Below, in pieces: positions 26,820 to 38,300 of a DNA stretch of 56,710 nt. The position numbers were made by a program, and so were the translations under genes. The notes below the pieces were generated by a model that was not told the origin of the DNA, did no database searches, and saw only the letters and a list, made by a program, of their open reading frames with translations. This DNA is from an uncultured Verrucomicrobiota bacterium. Its GTDB lineage: Bacteria; Verrucomicrobiota; Verrucomicrobiia; Limisphaerales; UBA1412. The DNA is taken from assembly GCA_964609795.1 (NCBI GenBank), contig CAZSTC010000003.1, forward strand, positions 1-56,710, read 5' to 3'. Position 1 is the stretch's first letter; each line of letters opens with the position of its first letter.

Positions 26820-29800
26820 ATGAGCGTCAGGATACTGTTGATTCTTATCTGTTTATTATTAGGGAGCCCGCTCTCAGGATGGGCCGAAAGGGTGACTCTT
26901 CTTCCTCGGAGTAGCGAATGGAAGTATTTTAAGGGGACAAAATCTCCCTCTCTTTTGCCAACTTTTTGGTCTCAGCCTTCTTTTAAGGATGATTCTTGGC
27001 TAAGCGGAATTACCCCCCTCTATTATGGCGGCAACATTGCTTCGGGAACTCATTTGTCAGACATGCGAGGTTATTACTCAAGCGTGTACATGAGGAAAAC
27101 TTTTCTTTTTCCTGAAGGGGAATATTCAAGTTTTACTCTAAATGCTCTCAGCGACGATGGTTTTATCCTTTGGCTCAATGGTATGGAGCTGTTTCGTTAT
27201 AATGTTCCGGATAGTAACATCGGCTATGATGGGGTTGCTGAAAGCTTGATAACAGTACCCGTATGGCAGGCGCATAATTTTGACGATCTAATTTCTTCCA
27301 CTTTGTTACCTGGCGAAATTAATACGTTTGCAATACAGGCTTTCAACGTTAGTTTAGACAACAGTGGTGATTTCGCTATAGATATTGAGCTCACGGCTGA
27401 AGTCTCCTATGATTTCTCCTCGCCGACGATCGTGGATTTGTACCCACAGCCAGAAGCACAGATTTCGAATACCCCCTGGGTTACAGTGACTTTTAGTGAA
27501 CCGGTCCTCAATGTAACGCATTCGGATCTTCTCTGTGATGGCAAAGCGGCTTCGAGCATTCGAGAATTAAATTCCTCCCAATACCTTTTTGAATTTCCCG
27601 GTATAGGCCAAAATGGAAGAGTTTTTTTTAATTGGGATCCTGATACAAAAATTTGTGACGCTTCTCCAAATGCCAATCCCTTTTCTCCTCCCGGCGAAGA
27701 ATGGTACTATGACGTGCGAACAGATTTGTCTGTTCCCAAAGTGCAAATCAACGAAATCATGGCTGTAAACAGTTCCTCTATAAAAAATCGCCAGGGAGAA
27801 TACGTTGACTGGATTGAGCTTTATAATTTTGGAGACCAAACCATAGATATTGGTGGATGGTACCTGACGGATTCGGCTAAAAATCTGACGCAATGGAGTT
27901 TTCCCCAAGGAACCATGCTTCAGCCGGGAGGGTATTTGGTTGTTTTTTGTGACAGTTCCTATTCACAGCCGCTTTTACTTGGAGAGTATCATGCCAATTT
28001 CAGTTTGAGTCAGAAAGGTGAATACTTAGCTCTGGTTTACTCCGATGGGCATACCATCATACACGAGCTTTCACCTACATTCCCCGCACAACGTTCCGAT
28101 ATTTCTTATGGACAAGGATTGTTTTACACAACGCCTACTCCCGGGAAATCAAATGCAGTGGGTTATATGGAACCCGTAGCAGAAATTAAATATAGTGAGC
28201 CAAGAGGATACAAACTCGCTCCTTTTCAGCTTACTCTCTCCACTCCTACAGAAGGGGCGTTTATCTACTATACACTTGATGGAACTGTGCCTGATGAAAA
28301 TTCTACTCCTTACAAAGCTCCACTTCAGATCGATAAAATAACGACACTTCGAGCCGTCGCTATAAAAGAAGGCCATTTGAATTCTACAATCGCTACACGT
28401 ACTTGGCTTTTCATGGAAGAGGTCTTAACTCAGCCGACATCCACCCCTCCAGGTTGGCCAGTGTCGGGCACAGTTAATGGACATAGAATGGAATATGGAA
28501 TGAACCTTGGCATTGTCAATTCCGCGGAATTTCAACAGGATGTTAGAAAGGGGTTAACAAACATCCAAAGCATTTCAATGGTAACGGATTTGGAAAACTT
28601 GTTTAATAGATCCACGGGTATTTATGTTAATCCCGCTGAGCATGACACTGCTTGGGAAAGACCGGCATCTTTTGAGTTAATTGATCCGAACGGGGGAGGG
28701 GAGTTCCAAATTGATGCCGGAATTCGTATTCGAGGTGCTGCCAGCCGCACCAGCAGTAACCCCAAGCATTCCTTTCGCATTTTTTTCCGCTCCAGTTATG
28801 GAGGTGAACTTAACTTCCCGCTTTTCGGAGATGAAGGAGTCTCTGTGTTTGATAAAGTAGATTTGAGAACATCCCAAAACTACTCTTGGGCTTTTGAACA
28901 AACCCCTTATGAGACTTTTATACGAGAGACGTTTGCACGGGATGCACAACGGGATGTTGGAATGCCTTACACCCGCAGCCGTTATTATCATCTCTATATT
29001 AATGGGCAATATTGGGGGCTGTATCAAACTCAAGAACGAAGCGAAACCAGCTACGCTGAGAGCTACCTGGGCGGAGATAAGGAAGATTGGGATTTACTAA
29101 AAACGGAGCAACCGCAGCGAACAACTGTGGTTTCTGAAGGTAACGACAAAGCAGCCAGAGACCTCTTTAGCATCGCCGTTGAAAAAGGTTTCTCTGGGGC
29201 AAATTACACGAACTATTATTACATCAAAGGATTAAACCCTGACGGTACAATTAACCCCAACTTCCCGGTCTATTTGGATGAAGTTAACTTGCAGGAATAT
29301 ATGTTAAACGTCTATGTCACCTGCGACACAGATTCTCCAATTTCAGTTTGGGGGGGCTTTGCTAATAATCTTTTCGGACTTTATAACCGAGTAAATCCCA
29401 CAGGATTTAAGTGGTTTCGGCATGATGGTGAACATGCTTTGGGTGGACGCCGCTTTCTTGGGTATGGCGAGTTTTTCAATCTCGTAGATCAAGGTTGGGA
29501 TTACAATAACTTTGATAGATTTAATCCCATGCGCTTACACCAAAAGCTGATGGAACACCCGGAGTATCGGATTAAGTTCATTGATTTAGTTCAAAAACGG
29601 ATTCTGACCGAGGGTGGTGAATTCACCTTACCCAAAAACATTGAGCGCTGGGATGCCAGAATGTCTGAGATTTATGAACCCATTGTTGTTGAATCCGCTC
29701 GGTGGGGACATGGTTTCACGCGCAATGATTGGTTGAAGGAATGTAACTACGTTACAAACGTTTTCTTCAATGTATATCCTGATAACTTAATAGCAAACTT

Positions 29801-31364
29801 CAGAGCTAGAGGATGGTTCCCTTTGGTGGATGCCCCTTCACTGTCGCGAATCTCAGGGCAGCCTCCCTCTGAGGAGAATCCCTTGCGGATCACTGCAAAA
29901 GCTCCCGTTTATTGCACGACTGATGGGAGCGATCCCCGGTTGCCGGATGGGACTATTAATCCGAATGCCATTCTGCTGCAGGGTGAGAATTTAGGAACAC
30001 AGATGATTATTCCCAAGGAGAGCGGTTGGAAGTATTTTGATTCCGGTTCGGCACCTCCCAGAATAGCAGCAACATCATGGTTTATCCCTCACTATAATGA
30101 TTCAACTTGGAAAGAGGGGAGTGGTCGTCTGGGATTTGGCGGTAAGGAATCTACAACAGTGGAGTCGGTAGTTCCAGCAACTGGTGCCGCCGTCAATACG
30201 GTCTATTTTCGCACATACTTTGATATGCCCTCCGGCATGAGTGCATTAACGATGACTGTGAATCTAAACTGCGATGATGGGGCTGTCGTATATTTGAACG
30301 GTAGTCAGGTGATTAGACATAATATGCCGGTCTCTTCCCAGTATTCTACCTATGCGCTGACCGAAGTTATTAGTGATGATGAAACCAGTTATAAATCTTA
30401 TACTATTCCTGCGACCGCCTTGATTTCAAAGGGAAATGTATTGGCAGTAGAAGTGCATCGGGCTGAGGAGAGTGTGGATCTTTATTTTGATTTAGAGCTA
30501 TTGATTCCGGATGCTTATCCTTCAAATTATCTGGAAGTTAAAATCCCGAATGAGGAAAATCCAAATATCTCTTCTCCGTTTTTTAAGGCCCGCTCGTACA
30601 ACGGATTAGAGTGGAGTGCTATCTCTGAGGCGGACTTCACTGTTTATGCGAATTACTGGGATTTAAAGCTTACTGAAATGATGTATTCACCAGCAATACC
30701 TAACGAAGCGGAGCTGGCACGTGGGTGGAGCCGTGATGATTTTGCCTGGCTGGAGCTGCAAAATACGGGTAGAGGAGTCTTGATGATGAAGGATATTCAG
30801 TTCACTACGGGTATTTCTTTTGTTTTTCCCGAGGCGAATATAAACCCCAGCGAAAGACTGGTGTTGGTGAAAAATCTGGAAGCTTTCTCCAGCCGGTACG
30901 ATACAAACTCATTAAATCTATTTCAGGGATACTCGGGTAATCTGGCCCGCAGGGGAGAAACATTGACCCTCTCATCCCCAACGGGTGAAACGATCTTCAC
31001 TTTTACTTATTCCAATACCTGGTACCCCCAAACAGACCAGGGTAATTATTCTTTGGTAGTCGTCGACATTAATGCAGAAGACCCGTTATGGAGCCTGCCT
31101 GAAAATTGGAAACCGAGTTCAGTACCCGGTGGAACACCGGGATTGTCCTCAAAAAACTCTCAACCTGTAATTGCCAATGCTTCAGTTGCAGAAAATGGAG
31201 TTTTGTGCTTTAATGTCTCAGGAGCAGAGACGTTTTTTATTGAAGTTTCTAGGGACATGAAATCGTGGAGCTTGCTTGAATCATGGGAAGTTTTAGATGG
31301 CTTAATTTCAATTGATACAAAATTATTGGGTGAGGAATTTTTATTTTTTAGAATACGCTTGTAG
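26820..31364 (+). CDS. secreted CotH-kinase/lamin-tail multidomain protein, paralogue 1 (1514 aa)
   Basis: Signal peptide; INEIM..DWIELYN lamin-tail; IYYTLDG FN3-like; RIRGAASR..PKHSFR, YYHLYINGQYWGLY..QE, DTD..NN..HDGEH kinase motifs; second lamin-tail; ends FFRIRL. Confidence 0.85.
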   Translation: MSVRILLILICLLLGSPLSGWAERVTLLPRSSEWKYFKGTKSPSLLPTFWSQPSFKDDSWLSGITPLYYGGNIASGTHLSDMRGYYSSVYMRKTFLFPEGEYSSFTLNALSDDGFILWLNGMELFRYNVPDSNIGYDGVAESLITVPVWQAHNFDDLISSTLLPGEINTFAIQAFNVSLDNSGDFAIDIELTAEVSYDFSSPTIVDLYPQPEAQISNTPWVTVTFSEPVLNVTHSDLLCDGKAASSIRELNSSQYLFEFPGIGQNGRVFFNWDPDTKICDASPNANPFSPPGEEWYYDVRTDLSVPKVQINEIMAVNSSSIKNRQGEYVDWIELYNFGDQTIDIGGWYLTDSAKNLTQWSFPQGTMLQPGGYLVVFCDSSYSQPLLLGEYHANFSLSQKGEYLALVYSDGHTIIHELSPTFPAQRSDISYGQGLFYTTPTPGKSNAVGYMEPVAEIKYSEPRGYKLAPFQLTLSTPTEGAFIYYTLDGTVPDENSTPYKAPLQIDKITTLRAVAIKEGHLNSTIATRTWLFMEEVLTQPTSTPPGWPVSGTVNGHRMEYGMNLGIVNSAEFQQDVRKGLTNIQSISMVTDLENLFNRSTGIYVNPAEHDTAWERPASFELIDPNGGGEFQIDAGIRIRGAASRTSSNPKHSFRIFFRSSYGGELNFPLFGDEGVSVFDKVDLRTSQNYSWAFEQTPYETFIRETFARDAQRDVGMPYTRSRYYHLYINGQYWGLYQTQERSETSYAESYLGGDKEDWDLLKTEQPQRTTVVSEGNDKAARDLFSIAVEKGFSGANYTNYYYIKGLNPDGTINPNFPVYLDEVNLQEYMLNVYVTCDTDSPISVWGGFANNLFGLYNRVNPTGFKWFRHDGEHALGGRRFLGYGEFFNLVDQGWDYNNFDRFNPMRLHQKLMEHPEYRIKFIDLVQKRILTEGGEFTLPKNIERWDARMSEIYEPIVVESARWGHGFTRNDWLKECNYVTNVFFNVYPDNLIANFRARGWFPLVDAPSLSRISGQPPSEENPLRITAKAPVYCTTDGSDPRLPDGTINPNAILLQGENLGTQMIIPKESGWKYFDSGSAPPRIAATSWFIPHYNDSTWKEGSGRLGFGGKESTTVESVVPATGAAVNTVYFRTYFDMPSGMSALTMTVNLNCDDGAVVYLNGSQVIRHNMPVSSQYSTYALTEVISDDETSYKSYTIPATALISKGNVLAVEVHRAEESVDLYFDLELLIPDAYPSNYLEVKIPNEENPNISSPFFKARSYNGLEWSAISEADFTVYANYWDLKLTEMMYSPAIPNEAELARGWSRDDFAWLELQNTGRGVLMMKDIQFTTGISFVFPEANINPSERLVLVKNLEAFSSRYDTNSLNLFQGYSGNLARRGETLTLSSPTGETIFTFTYSNTWYPQTDQGNYSLVVVDINAEDPLWSLPENWKPSSVPGGTPGLSSKNSQPVIANASVAENGVLCFNVSGAETFFIEVSRDMKSWSLLESWEVLDGLISIDTKLLGEEFLFFRIRL

Positions 31365-31394
31365 CGTATCAATATTTAAACGGTATCGCCGATT

Positions 31395-34300
31395 ATGAAA
31401 AAATTTCTGATTATAGTGGGATTGTCGCTGGTGTTCGTTTTTGCTTCTTTGGCAGAAGTTGTGACCTTGGTGCCTGCCGGAAGTGAGGATTGGGCTTATT
31501 TTAAGGGTACAAAAAATGCAAGTTACCCTACAAGCGCATGGCGATCCCTCTATTTTAACGATAGCGAATGGTTAAGAGGGGCTCTGCCTCTTTATTACGG
31601 GGGCAATATTTCTTCAGGAACACAGCTTTCGGATATGCGCTACGGTTATACCAGCGTCTATATGCGGAAAACATTTTTCCTCCCCACTGCCACATATGAA
31701 AACTTGAATGTAAGTATCTTGTGTGATGATGGTTTTATTCTCCGGATTAACGACACCGAGGTTCTTCGCTATAACGCTCCATCCGGGGAGGGAAGATACA
31801 ACGATATTTCAACTTCAATAGTCTCGACAGCTCAATGGCTCACATATGATTTGAACGATTTCAGTTATCTTTTAAAAAGCGGAGAAGAGAATATCCTGAC
31901 TGTACACGCTTTCAATTGTCATTTGTCGACCAGCAGCGATTTTGTTTTGGATTTGGAGCTTAGAGCGGATAAAACCTATGATGTCACACCCCCAACGTTG
32001 GTGAACGTCCTTCCACAGGAGGGAGGTTCCATAGCCAATCCACCTCGGATAACCGTCACTTTTAGTGAAGGGGTTTCCGGTGTTGAGGCAAATACGTTGT
32101 TTTGTAATGGTCAAGCAGCAGCAAGCGTTCGAAAATTGAGTTCAAGCCAATATCTTTTCGAGTTTAGTAAGCATGACCAGAGTGCAGAAATTACTCTCAC
32201 CTGGAATGAATCCGCGCACATATATGATAACTCTTCAAACAAGAATCCATTTGTTGTTCCTACAGATATCTGGACTTATTACTTAGATACGAGCCTTCCG
32301 AATTTTGATATCGTTATCAATGAAGTTTTGGCTGCTAACAGTTCGGGAATAAAAAGCTCATTGGGGAGTCGTCCCGATTGGATTGAGCTTTATAACCAGG
32401 GTCCCCTTGCGGAAGACCTCGGCGGATGGTTTCTGACAGATTCTGCCAGTGATTTGCGCCGCTGGCAATTCCCTGAAAACACTCTTCTCAGGCCAGGTAA
32501 TTTTCTTTTAATTTTTTGTGATGGTTGGGCTGGTGAGCCTTTTGTAAATGGAGAGTACCATGCCAATTTCAGTTTAAATAAAGATGGCGAATATTTGGCT
32601 CTTGTTTATTCCGATGGGAAGACAATAGTGCAAGAGTTCAATCCCGCCTTGCCCCAACAATACACAGATATTTCTTTTGGTTCGGGCCTTTACTATCCAA
32701 TCCCAACGCCTGGTGAAATTAACGGAAGAGGCTATCTGGAACCTGTGAGCGACGTGGTTTTCAGCGAGCCACGGGGATATCGTCCTGCCCCGTTCGAGCT
32801 TTCTCTTTCTACTTTCACGGAGAATGCCTCCATTTATTACACCCTCGACGGGACCGAGCCAACGATAGACTCCACTCTTTACACAGAGCCGCTCCCAATA
32901 GATAAAATTACCTATATTCGAGCAATCGCCCTCAAGGATGGACACATTCCATCTAAAGTAGCTACGCGAACCTGGCTTTTCACTGATGAGATATTGAGTC
33001 AACCTACAACACCTCCTACCGGGTGGCCAGGATCCTATGCTATTAATAATCACAAGATGGAATATGGGATGAACTCCTTTATTGTGCTTAAAAATAGAGA
33101 AGCTTTGAAGCAGGGGATGACTAATATATCGTCAATTTCTTTGGTAACAGATCTCAAGCATCTCTTCGACCGTTCTACGGGAATTTACGTTAATCCTGGG
33201 AGTGACGGTGAAAATTGGGAACGCCCCGTTTCTGTTGAGTTGATTGATCCGTCGGGAGGAGATGAGTTCCAAATTGAATCGGGTATTCGCATTCGTGGTG
33301 CTGCAAGCCGAAATAACAACAACCCTAAACATTCGTTTCGCCTCTTTTTCCGCTCAACTTACGGTGGAAAATTAGAGTTCCCTCTTTTTGGGGATGAAGG
33401 AGCTTCTTCGTTTAGCAAGGTAGACCTTCGCACCTCTCAAAACTATTCATGGGCCAACGAAAACTCAAATTATAACACTTTTATTCGGGAAGTGTTTTCT
33501 CGCGATTCACAACGTGATTTTGGTGTTCCGTATACCCGAAGCCGTTACTATCATCTTTACATTAATGGCCAATATTGGGGACTTTATCAGACTCAAGAAC
33601 GCAGCGAGGCTGATTATGCAGAGAGCTATTTAGGAGGAGATGAGGATGACTGGGATTGCATTAAAACCTCTCATGCCGGCTATAGGACGGAAGCTGGAGA
33701 TGGTACTATGGATGCTTTTTCAGACCTTTGGCGGATTTCATTAGGACAAGGTTTTGCCGGTATATATGACACCAACTACTATTGGATCAAAGGCATTAAT
33801 TCGGATGGTACACCAATCCCTGATTCTCCAAGATACCTTGACGAGGATAATTTAATTGCATACATGCTGATCTCCTACTACACAAGAGATCCTGATTCTC
33901 CTATCTCGGTATGGGGTGGGTTCCCCAACAATCTCTATGGTCTTTATAATCGAAACAACCCGGAGGGTTTTAAATGGTTGCGTCATGATGCTGAACACTC
34001 AATGGCGGCTCAGCGCTCTTACAACGCCTATACTGACCCGACTGCATATGGATTAACAGGCTATGACTCCTTCACACAGTTTAGCCCGATGAGGCTTCAT
34101 CAGCGTTTAATGAGCAATCCAGACTACAGAATGCGCTGGATGGATACTGTTCAACGCCATTTGGTGGCAACGAATGGCTTGCTTTCAGTTGAAAACTGTT
34201 TAGCTCGCTGGAACAAAAGACAGGCAATGATTGATCAGGCCATCTTTATGGAATCTGCCCGTTGGGGCCATGGTACTAAAACAAGAGAGACTTGGCTCAA

Positions 34301-35363
34301 TGAGTGTAACTATGTGAAAAATTCATTCATACCGCAAAGCGGTACAAACCTAGTTAATTTTTTCTTAAATCGCGGTTGGTTTACCGGGATCAAGGCTCCG
34401 GTTTTTGGCTCTTGGGAGCAAAATGAAGACGGAAATTTTGTTGTTACTTTTTCCGGTTATGGAGTAACCACGGCGACATACTACACATTGGATGGAAGCG
34501 ACCCAAGGCTCCCGAAAGGTGATTTGAGTCCTTCTGCTATTAAACTGGAAACTGAAACAATTATTATACCTACCGGCTCCGTGGTTTCAGCTCGTGTATT
34601 CGCAAACCCTCTTTCTTGGAGTCCCATTTCTGTAAAAGATTTTACGGTGTACGGAGAATCTCATGACCTCAAAGTAACTGAAATGATGTACGCTCCTGAA
34701 ACACCTGAGTGGGCAGAAGAAGCCGGTTGGACTCGTGATGATTTTGCTTGGCTAGAACTACAAAACGTTGGTTCTGGCACTCTTGAGCTCGAAGGATATC
34801 AATTTGTTTCAGGTATAAACTATATTTTCTCTTCCGGCAGACTTGCCCCGGGAAATAGAGTCGTTTTGGCAAAAAATAGAGATGCATTTTCTCGCCTTTA
34901 TGAAACGAATGGTTTGTTTTTACTGGACGGCTATTCGGGTAACCTGGCTAGGAAAGGTGAGACTATTACTCTTCAATCTCCTGCTGGAGATAATATTTTA
35001 AGCTACACTTACTCGAATGCTTGGTATCCCCAGACTGATTTGACTGGCTACTCATTAGTTGTCGTGGATGTTAATGCTGAAGAGCCCCTTTGGAGCACTT
35101 CTGATAACTGGACTCCCAGCCTGACAGAGGGTGGTACCCCGGGGAAGAATGAAGTCATTTCTCCTGTCATTAAAAAAGCAACTCTTACAAAGAATAGAGA
35201 ATTAATTTTTGAAATTTCTGGAATGACTGAGTTCGAGGTAGAGATTTCAAGGGACACAGTGATGTGGGAAGTATTTGAGAATTGGTATCTTCAAAATGGT
35301 AATATCGTGGTTGATTTGAAAAATATAAGTGAATCCGCTTTGTTTTTTAGAATAAGTTTATAA
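31395..35363 (+). CDS. secreted CotH-kinase/lamin-tail multidomain protein, paralogue 2 (1322 aa)
   Basis: Same module order as paralogue 1 minus second jelly-roll; DPD..NN..HDAEH; ends FFRISL. Confidence 0.85.
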   Translation: MKKFLIIVGLSLVFVFASLAEVVTLVPAGSEDWAYFKGTKNASYPTSAWRSLYFNDSEWLRGALPLYYGGNISSGTQLSDMRYGYTSVYMRKTFFLPTATYENLNVSILCDDGFILRINDTEVLRYNAPSGEGRYNDISTSIVSTAQWLTYDLNDFSYLLKSGEENILTVHAFNCHLSTSSDFVLDLELRADKTYDVTPPTLVNVLPQEGGSIANPPRITVTFSEGVSGVEANTLFCNGQAAASVRKLSSSQYLFEFSKHDQSAEITLTWNESAHIYDNSSNKNPFVVPTDIWTYYLDTSLPNFDIVINEVLAANSSGIKSSLGSRPDWIELYNQGPLAEDLGGWFLTDSASDLRRWQFPENTLLRPGNFLLIFCDGWAGEPFVNGEYHANFSLNKDGEYLALVYSDGKTIVQEFNPALPQQYTDISFGSGLYYPIPTPGEINGRGYLEPVSDVVFSEPRGYRPAPFELSLSTFTENASIYYTLDGTEPTIDSTLYTEPLPIDKITYIRAIALKDGHIPSKVATRTWLFTDEILSQPTTPPTGWPGSYAINNHKMEYGMNSFIVLKNREALKQGMTNISSISLVTDLKHLFDRSTGIYVNPGSDGENWERPVSVELIDPSGGDEFQIESGIRIRGAASRNNNNPKHSFRLFFRSTYGGKLEFPLFGDEGASSFSKVDLRTSQNYSWANENSNYNTFIREVFSRDSQRDFGVPYTRSRYYHLYINGQYWGLYQTQERSEADYAESYLGGDEDDWDCIKTSHAGYRTEAGDGTMDAFSDLWRISLGQGFAGIYDTNYYWIKGINSDGTPIPDSPRYLDEDNLIAYMLISYYTRDPDSPISVWGGFPNNLYGLYNRNNPEGFKWLRHDAEHSMAAQRSYNAYTDPTAYGLTGYDSFTQFSPMRLHQRLMSNPDYRMRWMDTVQRHLVATNGLLSVENCLARWNKRQAMIDQAIFMESARWGHGTKTRETWLNECNYVKNSFIPQSGTNLVNFFLNRGWFTGIKAPVFGSWEQNEDGNFVVTFSGYGVTTATYYTLDGSDPRLPKGDLSPSAIKLETETIIIPTGSVVSARVFANPLSWSPISVKDFTVYGESHDLKVTEMMYAPETPEWAEEAGWTRDDFAWLELQNVGSGTLELEGYQFVSGINYIFSSGRLAPGNRVVLAKNRDAFSRLYETNGLFLLDGYSGNLARKGETITLQSPAGDNILSYTYSNAWYPQTDLTGYSLVVVDVNAEEPLWSTSDNWTPSLTEGGTPGKNEVISPVIKKATLTKNRELIFEISGMTEFEVEISRDTVMWEVFENWYLQNGNIVVDLKNISESALFFRISL

Positions 35364-35389
35364 ATATATTTTTAGTTTTTAATAATCTA

Positions 35390-38300
35390 ATGAAAAAATG
35401 GCTATCGATCGGTTCGCTTCTATTGGGAATGTTGGTGCTTTCTCATGCGGAGATTTTGACGCTGGTTCCTTCATCGGCTCAATGGAAATACGCTAAGGGA
35501 ACTAAAGAGCCCAGTACATCTACAGGCACGTGGAGGACCATTGCTTTTGACGATTCGGACTGGAACACATCTGCTGCCCCTTTCTATTACGGAGGAAATA
35601 TAACGCAAGGAACTCTGCTATCAGATATGCGGTACAATTATTCGTCTGTTTATTTGAGAAAAACATTTTCCCCACCCAGTGGTTCTTATGAGAATCTGAG
35701 CCTGAGAGCCCTTTCTGATGATGGCTTCATTCTTTGGATTAATGGTGAAGAGGTGCTTCGATTTAATGTTTCTCCTGGAGAGATAGCCTTTGATGCCGTG
35801 GCATCCAGCGTCGTGGGTACTGCCAGTTGGCAAACGCACGATCTGAGCGAATACAGCCATCTCTTGAGGGCTGGAGAGGTCAATGTAGTGGCTGTTCATG
35901 CTTTTAACATGAGCCGGACAACCAGCAGCGATTTTGCCATAGATGTAGAGCTTACGGCGAACCAGACTCTGGACCTGCTTTCTCCGACTATTAATAGAGT
36001 ATCCCCTATTGTAAATTCTGTTGTTTCAGACCCTCTGCGTCTTACTGTTTATTTCAGCGAACCTGTGTCCGGAGTCACTGCTGCAGATGTTCTATGCAAC
36101 GATACAACCGCCATGGAAGTTGAAGAAATTACATCCAGCCAATATCTTTTCAAATTTCCAAAGTTCGATATTGAAGGACCGGTCACTTTGAAATGGAATT
36201 CAACGGCTAACATTTCCGACAATTCTCCCAATCATAACCCATTTATCCCCCCTACAGAAAGCTGGAGCTATACACTGAGTGCTTCCGTTCCGGACAGCGA
36301 TGTGATTATTAATGAGTTTCTGGCATCAAATACCACAGGGTTACAAACAAGATCCGGAGAACAGGCTGATTGGCTTGAGCTTTATAACAAATCAAATACT
36401 ACTACCGATATCAGCGGCTGGTATCTCACTGACTCCAGAAGCAATTTACCTCTCTGGCAATTTCCTCCAAGGACAACAATTCCTCCTCAAGGATATCTCA
36501 TAGTATTTTGTAATGGCTGGACCGGAGACCCTCAAGTCAATGGTGAGTATTTGGCCAATTTTAGTTTAAGTAAGACAGGTGAGTATTTAGCTTTAGTGAA
36601 GGATGATGGGACGACCATTGCCCACGAATTCCATCCTGTTTACCCTCCACAGTATAGTAACATTTCATTTGGAAATGGTCTTTATTATCCTATACCCACC
36701 CCCGGAAAGGAGAACGGAGAGGGATTTTTAGAACCGGTTGGCGAAGTGACTTTCAGCGAACCTCGTGGGTACAAATCCGCACCCTTTACCCTCTCAATGA
36801 ATTCAACAACAGAGGACGCTGTCATTTATTATACGCTGGATGGTACTATTCCTACCACTTCTTCGACTCGTTATAGGGATCCCCTGTCTATTGACAAAAT
36901 TACATGTATTCGAGCCATCGCTATTAAGGCGGGGCATATTGATTCAATTGTGAGCACACGCACCTGGCTGTTTTTGGAAGAAGCTCTTGCTCAACGAAGC
37001 TCTGTACCAGCGGGATGGCCCGCCAATAATACCGTAAATAACCATCGGATGGTATACGGGATGAAGCAGGACATTGTCAACAATCCAAGGTATAGAGACA
37101 GCATTCGAGAAGGAATGACCAATATCGGTACTATTTCGATGGTGACTGATTTAGAAAATCTGTTTAATAGATCAACGGGTATTTACGTTAACCCAAGTGG
37201 AGATGGAATTACCTGGGAAAGGCCGGCATCGCTGGAGTTAATTGATCCAAGTGGAGGAGAAGAATTTCAACTAGAATCGGGTGTTAGGATTCGGGGCGGC
37301 TTTAGCCGATCAAGCTCAAATCCTAAGCATTCATTCCGCCTCTTTTTCCGCTCAGAATATGGTGGAAAACTAAATTTCCCACTCTTTGGAAATGAAGGTG
37401 CTACCGAATTTTCAAAAGTAGACTTACGGACATCGCAAAACTATGCCTGGTCTTATTTGGCGGGAAATCCTCCGGAATATAACACCTTTATTCGTGAAAC
37501 ATTTACCCGTGATTCACAGCGTGACGTGGGCATGCCTTATACCCGCAGCCGCTTCTATCATCTCTTTATCAACGGACAGTATTGGGGACTTTACCAAACC
37601 CAGGAACGCAGTGAAGCCGATTTTGCAGAAACATATCTGGGTGGAGACGATAATGATTGGGACTGTGTGAAGTCAGGAGCAGTGGCCAGTGACGGTACTA
37701 TTGATGGCTTTTCTAAACTATTTCAAATAGCGGTTCAAGAGGGTTTTTCTGGAGCCTATCGAACGAACTATAACCGCATCAAAGGGCTGAATCCGGATGG
37801 CACCCCTAATCCCAACCTTCCACAATATTTGGATGAAGAAAATCTCATCCAGTTCGTATTGAATTATTTTTTCACTGCTGATCCGGATTCTCCGATAGGC
37901 TTGGGTGGTAATTCTCCGAACAACCTCTATGGGTTATTCAACCGGGTTAATCCAAGTGGTTTTAGTTGGTATCGCCATGATGCTGAGCATTCCATGGGGG
38001 CTTGGAGAAATTCGGGCGTGAGCACCACTTATGACATGACCGCTCGCGGCTGGTCTATGAACACAATCGGAACCTTTACTCCAGTCAGACTCCACCAAAA
38101 ACTGATGGATCATCCTGACTATAAAATGCGTTTTATAGACCTTTACCAGCAAACTTACCTGAATAAAAATGGTGCGATGTCCACCAGAAGTAATCTATTC
38201 CGCTGGAACTCCCGCCAAAATGAAGTAGATAAAGCTATTTATGCCGAATCTGCACGTTGGACTTGGGATTCAAACATGACTTATGAACATTGGTTAGCAG